Part shown: positions 45,487 through 56,962 of the stretch, piece after piece
How positions within the stretch are numbered: the first letter of the stretch is position 1
How the letters are laid out: every line of letters starts with the position of its first letter
DNA from: Monocercomonoides exilis PA203
Lineage: Eukaryota; Protista; Preaxostyla
Reading direction: 5' to 3'
Assembly: GCA_001643675.2 (NCBI GenBank)
Contig: LSRY02000008.1
Location: 1,364,001 to 1,428,000, forward strand
Length of the DNA: 64,000 nt
Notes under the pieces: generated by a model
Seen by the model: only the letters and a program-made list of their open reading frames with translations
What the model was told of the DNA's origin: nothing
Databases searched by the model: none
Translations under genes and position numbers: made by a program

Positions 45487-47540
45487 TGAAACGCTTCTTT
45501 CTCTTTTAATATTTTGTACATATGCCTGTTTTGCTTCTTTGCGTAATCTTGTAAAAAAATATTACACTATGTTTATTTCCTTTTCTGCGTTTTCTGCTCA
45601 TTATTAAATGAAACATTCAAAATATGAAGGATCTTCTCTGCCAATGCCTTGTGATAGCAAAGATTCCTTCAAGTCATTCTTCCGCTGAATCCATTAACTG
45701 CCCTTCTGTTGTCTTCTTCTGTTAATCTTCCTCATTCCTTGTTCTCTCATTGATTTCTGAAGAAGTCTTCAAAAAAAAAAAGAATGAATTATGAATGTGA
45801 AAATAAAAATATGTAATAAATCATAGAAAATATCGATCAAATAATATGACAAAAAATTATAAATAATTATAAATGATAATAAATAGTAACACCTTGATAA
45901 TCCTTCAATCTCTATCTTTTTTTTCTTTTGTCAAAGTATTGCCACTTTCATTGTCCATTTGTCACTTTCATCGCTTTCATCCTCTCCAAATAAAATAAAG
46001 CCAGCTGAATTCATTCCATTTTGCAGCTTTTCCTTTCCAAAATGCCTCTTTCGATTAATAGAATAAAGCATACACAAATAATCTTCAAAACACTTTCTCC
46101 TCACTTTTGAATCTTTTCATCAAAAAATTTTCTCTTCTCTCTCTTTCTTTTCCCTTTCTCTCAACCCACCTTCTCATTCCACTCCCTCCAATCAATCCGT
46201 CCTTTTTGCTCCAAGCCACATTTCCTCTCTCCAAATTCAAAAATCACAGTCTCTTCTTCATTCCATTGAAAATCATCATCAAGCTCCGCCTTTTCCCCCC
46301 TTCTCCTCAAATACCATCATCCAATGTTAAGTCCTTTCATTCCATTTGATTTGTAATTCTGTTCATCGAATTTCTTTGGACAAATAAAACATTTTGTATT
46401 TACTGCAAAAGAAGAAGAAGAAGAAGAAGAAGAAGAAGAAGAAGAATTAATTTGGATGAATATCTATTGCAGTTGTGTGGAAATGAATGTTATTTTCCGA
46501 CATGAAAAAAGCAGACGAAATTTTTTTTCATGTTTTCCTGTTCCTAATTAGGAAGCGCGGAATTATCATCCTTTTTTTTCTTCGCATTGTTTGATGGCTT
46601 TATGGTTGTTCAGCATTAACATATGCCAAATTAACTTAACGAACCGAAGAAGAAGAAGAAGAAGATGATGATGAAGATGAAGAAGAAGATGAAGAAGAAG
46701 AAGAAGAAGATGATGATGATGATGATAAATGAAATTCTATCATTTATTGCGTCTCTTCTGAATCAACTGCAAATGCTCTTCAGTTCGTTCATTGCTTTTG
46801 TCCTCATCCTTCAAAAACTCCTCATTTGAATTTTTCTTCCTCCTCCTCCTCCTCTTCCTCTTCTTCCTCCTCCTCCTTCTTCTTCTTCTTCTTCTTCTTC
46901 TTCTTTTCTTTTTCTCCTTCCTCTTCTTTCTCTTCTCATTTTCTTTTGATTTCTGGATTTCTCTTTGTGCAAATAAATTTCTTCCTTTTTTTCATTTTCT
47001 CTCATTTTCTCTCATTTTCTCTGATCAAAATACGAAATATGAAGAACTCCAATCAGATGATGTTGATGATGATGTCAAAGAAGGAGAAACTGAGTGATAT
47101 GATGTTGACTTATTTGACGATGAAAAAGATGAATAAACAGAAGAAGAAGAAGAAGAAGAAGAAGAAGAAGAAGAAGAAGAAGAAAACAAATGAATTGGAT
47201 CGAATGAAATGATAGGATGTTCAGAATTGCGAAGGAAAATGATTTCAAATGCAAACAGATGAGTTTGCTGAAATTACTCTTCATCAGCCTTCCTCTTCTT
47301 TGTTCGTGAGTATTCTTCTGCCAAAAATATGACCCTCTGAATCCTTCATTCATTTCGCTCGACCTCCGCCCTCCCTCTCTCGCAAACCAAAAATATGAAA
47401 CTCATGAAAATCCCTCTTTTCTTCCTCTTCTTCCATTTCTTCCTTTCTTCTTTTCTTTCTTCCATTTCTTCATTTCCTCCTTTCTTCATATTCCACTTTC
47501 ATTTTCAATCGTTCACAAAAATCTTCTTTCTTCAAAAAAA

Positions 47541-47572
<32 letters not shown>

Positions 47573-50034
47573 AGAAAAAAAAACAATTCTCCACCAGAGC
47601 ACCAATGTTTGGTATCCTTGTCATATCTGGCATTCGCAAGCATTGCCTTTCTGCATTTTCCTTCTCCGCTTTTCCTTCTTCTTCTTCAACACCACACAAT
47701 TCATAACTCTTTCAACAAATTCTGTGTTATTCAAAAATTACAATTCAAAAAATATTTGAAAAATAATTTATTAGCAAACCTTCAGAACCCATGTTTGTGC
47801 CTTTTTCAATTTCTCATTCCAATGGTTATGTTCGATATTTCCAAATATGAAATTCCCTTTAAGTATTCCATATCGTTTCATCTTCTGTGACTGGATTTGG
47901 GCACACAGGCAACAATCTCCCTTTCCAGCATTTTCCCCATTTCGCATGATTTACCAACCAATATTCCTGTGAAAAATTCGAGAATTGCTCAATCTTTTAT
48001 CTTTCAATATTTTCCTGCTTTTCTCAAAACGGCGTGTTCCTCAATAAAACCATATCAAAGATCGTAAACGTCATGCATACATTCCTTGTTGAAGTTACTT
48101 TCCCCTTCGATTTCATATTCCGATATTTCCTTCAAAAAAACAAATTTTCTCCATTTCAACAATAACTCATATTCCTGCACTTTGGAGAGGATACAGACGG
48201 AAATATCTTCACAATCAATTGAACAATAAAAAATACATACAATATCATTTTTGTGTTATTGATGAAATTGATATATTCCCCTTGGTCATCCGATTACCAA
48301 AAATCAAAGGTCAGAATTTCAGCATTATTGCATCTCCACCATTTCTTGTTGCCTCCACAGGAAATAATATTTCTAGTTCTACAGATAATGTTCACTCACG
48401 GATTTCTCATTCTGTGAATAAATTATTCCGTTCTTTCGAATCTGATGATCATAGAATCCATTACAAAAAAGACTCAAACCAACAAATCATTTTCATATTT
48501 TCTTTATCTCGGCAATGGCTGAGTGAAAATGGACATGGTTGAGGGGGGTGTGTGGAAACAAAAAATAAACTTGTTTTGGGGATATTTTGTTCATTTTCTG
48601 AATTTCATGTGTTTGGCAGTGTTTGATTTATAAGCGAGATTGTTTGTGGGGAGCAGGGTTCAGCTTGTGGCTGATCAGAGAAGCAGATGCCCACAAGAGA
48701 CAATGGTACTTGCAGCAGCTATGATTGATGGGATGATTTATCTGCAGTTCGTTTTTTGGAAAAGAAAGGCGAATGAGGGAAACAATGTTTGTGAGAAGGA
48801 GCAGGAAGGGGAAGGGGATGGAGAGTGTGTGGTGGAGTGCATGTTTGGTGGAGGAACACATCTCAGCTGAGATTTTCACACACACATATTTTTTATTTTA
48901 AAGGAGGAGACAAAAGCGAGTTGGATGTTATATTTTGGGAGCTGATGGGTGGGGATGATTGTGAATGATTGAGGGGGGAGTATGTGTTGAAAGGCACACG
49001 CCGATGATTGCTATCAAGAACAATACGAAAATGGAAGAGGATATGGAAATCAAGGAGATGGGGAAGAGAGGTTGGCACAGGATGTTTGGGGATGCAGTCA
49101 TACTCATCTGGGCAGTCGAGACAGCACAGGAAAGGGAATGTGCGATTGCTTTGTGAGCCTTTCGGGGCGTAGGAGGAGACAGGTTTGATGATTTGTTTCA
49201 TGAGAATTTATATATATATTTTTTATATTTAATTTTATGTTTATTTCTTTTTTTATTGAAGATATTGAGTGAATTTCAAAAAGATGGATGGAAAGCCATC
49301 ACATGTTGTCTGAGGTATATCGATGGAACGCAGACTGTTTTTTTTTAAGCCTTACTTGAAGAATGAGAAGAGGAGGAGAAATATTCTATATTTTTTTTTT
49401 GGATTGAAGGCTGGATGGAGGAAGATGGGAAGAGAAGAATGGTGAGAGCGGGGTTGATGGGCAATGTTAGAGAGGGTGAAAACAACATATTATTTTTTCT
49501 TTATTTTTGAAATTGGATATGAAAGGCGAAGGCGTGGTGTGGTGTGGTGCTTGGAGTGGATGATGTTGGGATGAGAGGTATTTGGAGAGAGGCAAACAGA
49601 GGATGAGGGGAGTGAAGGGAAATGAAGATATCTGGAGGTATTTTATTCTTGTTTGTTAATTTTTTTCACATATCATTTTTTATTTTTATGTATTTGTATT
49701 TTTTTAAATTTCATAAATGTGTGATGCGATCAGGTGTTATGAGAAGCACTGGGGGAGCATGAAATATGGGATGTGGAAGCACTGCTTTTTTTCTGGGACA
49801 TTCTTGGGAGAAACTGGGAGAAATGGGAAACTGAAGAGTGTTTGGCAGAATGAGCGAAATGGAAAAAACTGAAGAGAATGGGGAAAGAAATTTTTGTGGG
49901 ATTTTTTTTAACAAAAATCTTTTCGGAAGCAGCAGCAGAAGAGACAGAAAAGAGGAACTCAAGCTCAATGGGATATTTTTTGACATGGCGCTAAGAGGCA
50001 TGGGGAAGGAGGAGAAGGAAAAGGAAGAATTTTT

Positions 50035-51636
50035 GTGAACGAATTTCATTTCTCATATTCTTCCCCATTTTTCTCATCACCTTCCATCCCTTTTGCATCC
50101 CTCTATCATCTGACATTTTTCAACATCTCAACGGCATCTACAGATTGTCCATCCCCAACAACAACGTCAACCCAAATCACATGCCTGATGAGTAGTTGCT
50201 CATTCTCATCGGTTAGCGATGTATATGATGGAGGGATTGTTCATTCCCTCAACAACCCCTATGCCTCTTTGATAGCCTCAAACACATCATTCATCGAGTG
50301 TTATCGGACAAGGAATGTTGTATGTGAAGGAACTAAAACTAATAGGCTGGCTCCAGGGAGACAGAACATTACAGTGAATGGAGCAAACTCATTCACTTGG
50401 TGTGAATGGGATGGGTCGAAAACAACAGGAGAAAGCGATTCGTGGACTGATGGAGTGTCAAGTGGAGGGGCCATCTGCATGTACAGTCAACCATCTGCCT
50501 CTATGTCTGTTTCGCATTGTTCATTAGATGACTGCACAGCCTATTATAATGGTGGAGGAGTCATGTGCTATAACATAAAATCTGTTGAGATTGTAAATAA
50601 CACTTTCGACTCATGTACTGCGCAAAATTATCGTGGGGGTGGAATGTTTATTCATTCCATTTCGTCGTGTGTTCGGATCAGCGGATGTGAATTCCAGAAT
50701 TGTAAAGCAAATAATGGTGGAGGAGGCTTAAGATTAGAAAATATTCAAGTGACCGGATCAGGATGTATTGGAGATGAGAACGAAGGAGGCGAAAGTGCGT
50801 GTGCGTTTGACTGCTGTTTCACTTCATGTTCACTTACCGGTAATAGTGGTGGGGGCATGTGTTGTTATAATATAGTTCCCCAATTCAAGATGAGGAGCGT
50901 TCAATTTATCTCATGTTCTGCAATGGGATATGGAGGAGGGTTTCATTTTAATCCAGATAGACAAAATGCACCAGATGATAGAGTTTATTGTTTTTTCCTT
51001 TTCTTTCATGAATGCAAATGCAGAACAACCTCCAATCCATATGGGCATGATGTGATGTATTATGATTATTACAATGTTTTTTTGAGCACAGGAAATCCGT
51101 TCTATGAATGTTACACCACAAACACAGATGACAAGAGAGTATGCTATGTGTATAATTATTCGAGTTCAGGGAGTTGGGTGTATGATCAAATATCGAAAAA
51201 GGATTGGCTGAAGGACAAGACGATATATGTCTCAGCGAATGGAAATGATGAATATGAGCTGTGCGGGTCAAATGAATCAAATCCTTGTCTGACAGTGAAG
51301 AAGGCGTTTGAGATGTGTGAGATACAGATAAGCTTGTCAGTCACGCTTATGGAAGGGGATCATCGAAGCGAGACAACAACAATTGATATTGGGGCAAAGA
51401 AGATTTCAGTCATTGGGAAGGGAAGGACGAAGAGTTCGATAGGAACAGGAGCACTTTCTTCTTCTTCTTCTTCTTCTTCTTCTTCTTCTTCTTCTTCTTC
51501 TTCTTCTTCTTCTTCAGCAGCAGCAGCAGCAGCAGGAGAGACAACGCCATTTACTTTATTCAGTACGATAGCCGGGGTAAGTGGAATGATTGGTGTGTTG
51601 ATATATTTTTGGTATAAATCATTTGAGAATTTATAA
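50035..51636 (+). CDS. Beta-helix family copy 10 (533-aa ORF ending in (TCT)n/(GCA)n and a short hydrophobic tail)
   Basis: Continuous ORF with family motifs; family homology ends at IGTGALSS followed by poly-Ser and poly-Ala. Confidence 0.75.
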   Translation: MNEFHFSYSSPFFSSPSIPFASLYHLTFFNISTASTDCPSPTTTSTQITCLMSSCSFSSVSDVYDGGIVHSLNNPYASLIASNTSFIECYRTRNVVCEGTKTNRLAPGRQNITVNGANSFTWCEWDGSKTTGESDSWTDGVSSGGAICMYSQPSASMSVSHCSLDDCTAYYNGGGVMCYNIKSVEIVNNTFDSCTAQNYRGGGMFIHSISSCVRISGCEFQNCKANNGGGGLRLENIQVTGSGCIGDENEGGESACAFDCCFTSCSLTGNSGGGMCCYNIVPQFKMRSVQFISCSAMGYGGGFHFNPDRQNAPDDRVYCFFLFFHECKCRTTSNPYGHDVMYYDYYNVFLSTGNPFYECYTTNTDDKRVCYVYNYSSSGSWVYDQISKKDWLKDKTIYVSANGNDEYELCGSNESNPCLTVKKAFEMCEIQISLSVTLMEGDHRSETTTIDIGAKKISVIGKGRTKSSIGTGALSSSSSSSSSSSSSSSSSSSSAAAAAAGETTPFTLFSTIAGVSGMIGVLIYFWYKSFENL

Positions 51637-54600
51637 GATAGCAGCACAAGCATTTAAGAGGCGAATGATTTTTATTGGAATAAGGCTGTGTGAAAAGGGA
51701 GGTACATCAACAGGAAAAAATAAGCTAACTTTATTACAAATAGCAAATAGAATATTTTTTTTTCCTTTGGAAAAGGAGGAGAGCGAGAAAGGAGAGCTCT
51801 GTATTACGAGCCATTGTTATTTTATCTGAATTTATTTATTAAACAGCCAGCGGATCTGCTTGCTGATAATTTTGATTTCAACTTCTAAAATATATGTTTT
51901 TGGTAAGACTGATTGTATTTTCCATGATTCATTTGACTCAAGGTGATATTAATTTGATAAACGGTGATTAACTATTTGCTTCTTTAAAAAGGCGTGGGCT
52001 AAGTTCTGTACTATGTGCTATATCCTGAGCTTGTTCTCATAAAAGCGATTATTAAGATCATGATTCTGTGTAAATCTATTGCAATCTCCTTCAATGAGTT
52101 GATGTTACACATCACGACAATATGTTTTTCTGGTGATATTTTTTTCTATTTTTTTGCCTTCTGGAAGATAATGTCAGAATTATATTAGTGACTTTTTTTT
52201 TTCCTTTTTTTTTATTATTATTAATTTTCATTAAAATATTGTTTGAATATATATGGATGATTATTTTTCAAATCATAACTTTTTTCGGTGTGTTGAATAT
52301 GGGACGAAATTTTTTGCTTTATGAATTTTGTTCCACACAATCTTTTCAAAGATTTTCCTCAACTTTTTAATATTTAAATATTTTATTTTGCATGAGAATG
52401 TTAGAATTGCAAGTATTCGATACAGAAATTGATGGAACAAATCATCGATTTTTTCATAAATGCAAGAATTCTGACCCATATCCAAAGGTTTTTTGTTATT
52501 AGCCAAATAATTTTCATCTGAATGTTGAATGCATGTCAATTATTACAAAAGCCAAAGTTAGATACGAAAAAATAGTAGAGGAGTCATAAAACAGATCCAT
52601 CACTTTTTAGTGTTCATTTAGGAAAATTCAAAGCAAATATTCAAACCGAAATTTTAAACAGAAATAATTTGATTTCAAAAAAGACCACTTATAATATGGG
52701 TGATTATTTTTGAAATCATAACTTTTTTCGGGGAATTGATATTTCAAAGATTGTTCATCTTTGACTGAAAATATTTTTTTCAAATTAAAAATGTTTTGCA
52801 TTTCTTTTAAGAGCCAATGTTTGAGATTTGTTCATAGCAAAATTTTCAACAAATGGAAAATAATATTTTGGTATTCATTTATTCATATACAATGCAAATT
52901 TTCTTTCCGAAAATTTTGATAGAAAAAATATGATATCAAAAATGATCACCCATAATATATTCACAAATAATTTTGAAATGTGATGTGACATTGTCTCCGA
53001 AAATTAATTTTTGTCATTTCTATCTTTTCAAAAAGATCTTCAAAATAATGTTTTTGTTCAATTTTTATGATCGAAGACATGCTTGTGTTCCTACAAACTT
53101 CGTAATTTTGTTGTTTGAAATGCAATCATTGTTAATTTCTTCACCATTTATTATTCAAAATTGATAAACTTCTTTTTCATAATTAATAAAATTGAGAATT
53201 TTTTTAAAAAAATTTTTTGTGAAAAATTGGTTTTTGGCCGAGTATCGAAAAGTGATGAATATATTATATTTTTTCATTATTTATAAAATAGATGAAAATT
53301 TGAATCCCAATTAATATTATTTGTCAATTGACATTATATTTTCTGATTTTTCAGAAAGAAATCATCATCATGAAAATCGGAAAATTTTTAAAATTAATTC
53401 TACTTGCATTATTTTAACTATTCATGAATAAATCAATATATATTGGTTATTTCATTTTCAAATTATGATAACAAATATATTTCTCAATTAAACAAGTCCA
53501 TTAAGACACTTTATGAATTCCTTATTTGTTTTGAAGTGTTAACCTGAATTCATTTTAAAATAATTGAATTATATTGATTGAATAATGCATAACTAATCAT
53601 TGCAAATTGAACAAATTTGAAAATTATTAGATAACAATGCTGCAGGTCATTTTCTTAAAAATTAGAAAATATAATGTCAATTGACAAATAATATTAATTG
53701 GGATTCAAATTTTCATCTATTTTATAAATAATGAAAAAATATAATATATTCATCACTTTTCGATACTCGGCCAAAAACCAATTTTTCACAAAAAATTTTT
53801 TTAAAAAAATTCTCAATTTTATTAATTATGAAAAAGAAGTTTATCAATTTTGAATAATAAATGGTGAAGAAATTAACAATGATTGCATTTCAAACAACAA
53901 AATTACGAAGTTTGTAGGAACACAAGCATGTCTTCGATCATAAAAATTGAACAAAAACATTATTTTGAAGATCTTTTTGAAAAGATAGAAATGACAAAAA
54001 TTAATTTTCGGAGACAATGTCACATCACATTTCAAAATTATTTGTGAATATATTATGGGTGATCATTTTTGATATCATATTTTTTCTATCAAAATTTTCG
54101 GAAAGAAAATTTGCATTGTATATGAATAAATGAATACCAAAATATTATTTTCCATTTGTTGAAAATTTTGCTATGAACAAATCTCAAACATTGGCTCTTA
54201 AAAGAAATGCAAAACATTTTTAATTTGAAAAAAATATTTTCAGTCAAAGATGAACAATCTTTGAAATATCAATTCCCCGAAAAAAGTTATGATTTCAAAA
54301 ATAATCACCCATATTATAAGTGGTCTTTTTTGAAATCAAATTATTTCTGTTTAAAATTTCGGTTTGAATATTTGCTTTGAATTTTCCTAAATGAACACTA
54401 AAAAGTGATGGATCTGTTTTATGACTCCTCTACTATTTTTTCGTATCTAACTTTGGCTTTTGTAATAATTGACATGCATTCAACATTCAGATGAAAATTA
54501 TTTGGCTAATAACAAAAAACCTTTGGATATGGGTCAGAATTCTTGCATTTATGAAAAAATCGATGATTTGTTCCATCAATTTCTGTATCGAATACTTGCA

Positions 54601-55364
54601 ATTCTAACATTCTCATGCAAAATAAAATATTTAAATATTAAAAAGTTGAGGAAAATCTTTGAAAAGATTGTGTGGAACAAAATTCATAAAGCAAAAAATT
54701 TCGTCCCATATTCAACACACCGAAAAAAGTTATGATTTGAAAAATAATCATCCATATATATTCAAACAATATTTTAATGAAAATTAATAATAATAAAAAA
54801 AAAGGAAAAAAAAAAGTCACTAATATAATTCTGACATTATCTTCCAGAAGGCAAAAAATAGAAAAAATATCACCAGAAAAACATATTGTCGTGATGTGTA
54901 ACATCAACTCATTGAAGGAGATTGCAATAGATTTACACAGAATCATGATCTTAATAATCGCTTTTATGAGAACAAGCTCAGGATATAGCACATAGTACAG
55001 AACTTAGCCCACGCCTTTTAAAGAAGCAAATAGTTAATCACCGTTTATCAAATTAATATCACCTTGAGTCAAATGAATCATGGAAAATACAATCAGTCTT
55101 ACCAAAAACATATATTTTAGAAGTTGAAATCAAAATTATCAGCAAGCAGATCCGCTGGCTGTTTAATAAATAAATTCAGATAAAATAACAATGGCTCGTA
55201 ATACAGAGCTCTCCTTTCTCGCTCTCCTCCTTTCCAAAGGAAAAAAATATTCTATTTGCTATTTGTAATAAAGTTAGCTTATTTTTTCCTGTTGATGTAC
55301 CTCCCTTTCACACAGCCTTATTCCAATAAAAATCATTCGCCTCTTAAATGCTTGTGCTGCTATC

Positions 55365-56962
55365 TTATAAATTCTCAAATGATTTATACCAAAAATATAT
55401 CAACACACCAATCATTCCACTTACCCCGGCTATCGTACTGAATAAAGTAAATGGCGTTGTCTCTCCTGCTGCTGCTGCTGCTGAAGAAGAAGAAGAAGAA
55501 GAAGAAGAAGAAGAAGAAGAAGAAGAAGAAGAAGAAGAAGAAAGTGCTCCTGTTCCTATCGAACTCTTCGTCCTTCCCTTCCCAATGACTGAAATCTTCT
55601 TTGCCCCAATATCAATTGTTGTTGTCTCGCTTCGATGATCCCCTTCCATAAGCGTGACTGACAAGCTTATCTGTATCTCACACATCTCAAACGCCTTCTT
55701 CACTGTCAGACAAGGATTTGATTCATTTGACCCGCACAGCTCATATTCATCATTTCCATTCGCTGAGACATATATCGTCTTGTCCTTCAGCCAATCCTTT
55801 TCGATATTTGATCATACACCCAACTCCCTGAACTCGAATAATTATACACATAGCATACTCTCTTGTCATCTGTGTTTGTGGTGTAACATTCATAGAACGG
55901 ATTTCCTGTGCTCAAAAAAACATTGTAATAATCATAATACATCACATCATGCCCATATGGATTGGAGGTTGTTCTGCATTTGCATTCATGAAAGAAAAGG
56001 AAAAAACAATAAACTCTATCATCTGGTGCATTTTGTCTATCTGGATTAAAATGAAACCCTCCTCCATATCCCATTGCAGAACATGAGATAAATTGAACGC
56101 TCCTCATCTTGAATTGGGGAACTATATTATAACAACACATGCCCCCACCACTATTACCGGTAAGTGAACATGAAGTGAAACAGCAGTCAAACGCACACGC
56201 ACTTTCGCCTCCTTCGTTCTCATCTCCAATACATCCTGATCCGGTCACTTGAATATTTTCTAATCTTAAGCCTCCTCCACCATTATTTGCTTTACAATTC
56301 TGGAATTCACATCCGCTGATCCGAACACACGACGAAATGGAATGAATAAACATTCCACCCCCACGATAATTTTGCGCAGTACATGAGTCGAAAGTGTTAT
56401 TTACAATCTCAACAGATTTTATGTTATAGCACATGACTCCTCCACCATTATAATAGGCTGTGCAGTCATCTAATGAACAATGCGAAACAGACATAGAGGC
56501 AGATGGTTGACTGTACATGCAGATGGCCCCTCCACTTGACACTCCATCAGTCCACGAATCGCTTTCTCCTGTTGTTTTCGACCCATCCCATTCACACCAA
56601 GTGAATGAGTTTGCTCCATTCACTGTAATGTTCTGTCTCCCTGGAGCCAGCCTATTAGTTTTAGTTCCTTCACATACAACATTCCTTGTCCGATAACACT
56701 CGATGAATGATGTGTTTGAGGCTATCAAAGAGGCATAGGGGTTGTTGAGGGAATGAACAATCCCTCCATCATATACATCGCTAACCGATGAGAATGAGCA
56801 ACTACTCATCAGGCATGTGATTTGGGTTGACGTTGTTGTTGGGGATGGACAATCTGTAGATGCCGTTGAGATGTTGAAAAATGTCAGATGATAGAGGGAT
56901 GCAAAAGGGATGGAAGGTGATGAGAAAAATGGGGAAGAATATGAGAAATGAAATTCGTTCAC
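55365..56962 (-). pseudogene. Beta-helix family copy 11 (mirror of copy 10; A4 vs A5 frameshift at ~55800)
   Basis: ORFs 55787-56962 and 55365-55703 together reproduce copy 10, apart from shorter Ser/Ala runs. Confidence 0.75.

Larger units (their letters stand above)
19060..47170. repeat. Giant inverted repeat P3 (~28 kb span); inner arms 26570-36311 and 36380-46123, loop 36312-36379; outer arms ~19060-20385 and 46119-~47170
   Basis: Pair sum 72691-72693 across three mirrored gene pairs. Symmetry resumes on the far side of the DIRS insertion (20101-20385 mirrors 46119-46400) and decays outward, with a ~0.35-kb indel at ~19480-19840. Confidence 0.96.

Noticed and set aside
11050-55805. Homopolymer frameshifts in one copy of each mirrored pair (11056, 11245, 27591, 31156, 33465, 55800) as phase variation or one-arm silencing
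   Set aside because: Nearly all are +/-1 changes in short runs, and the P4 right arm has many such deletions in non-coding DNA too. This is typical long-read consensus error. It cannot be claimed without reads, although the A-run before GGATTGG is hit three times.
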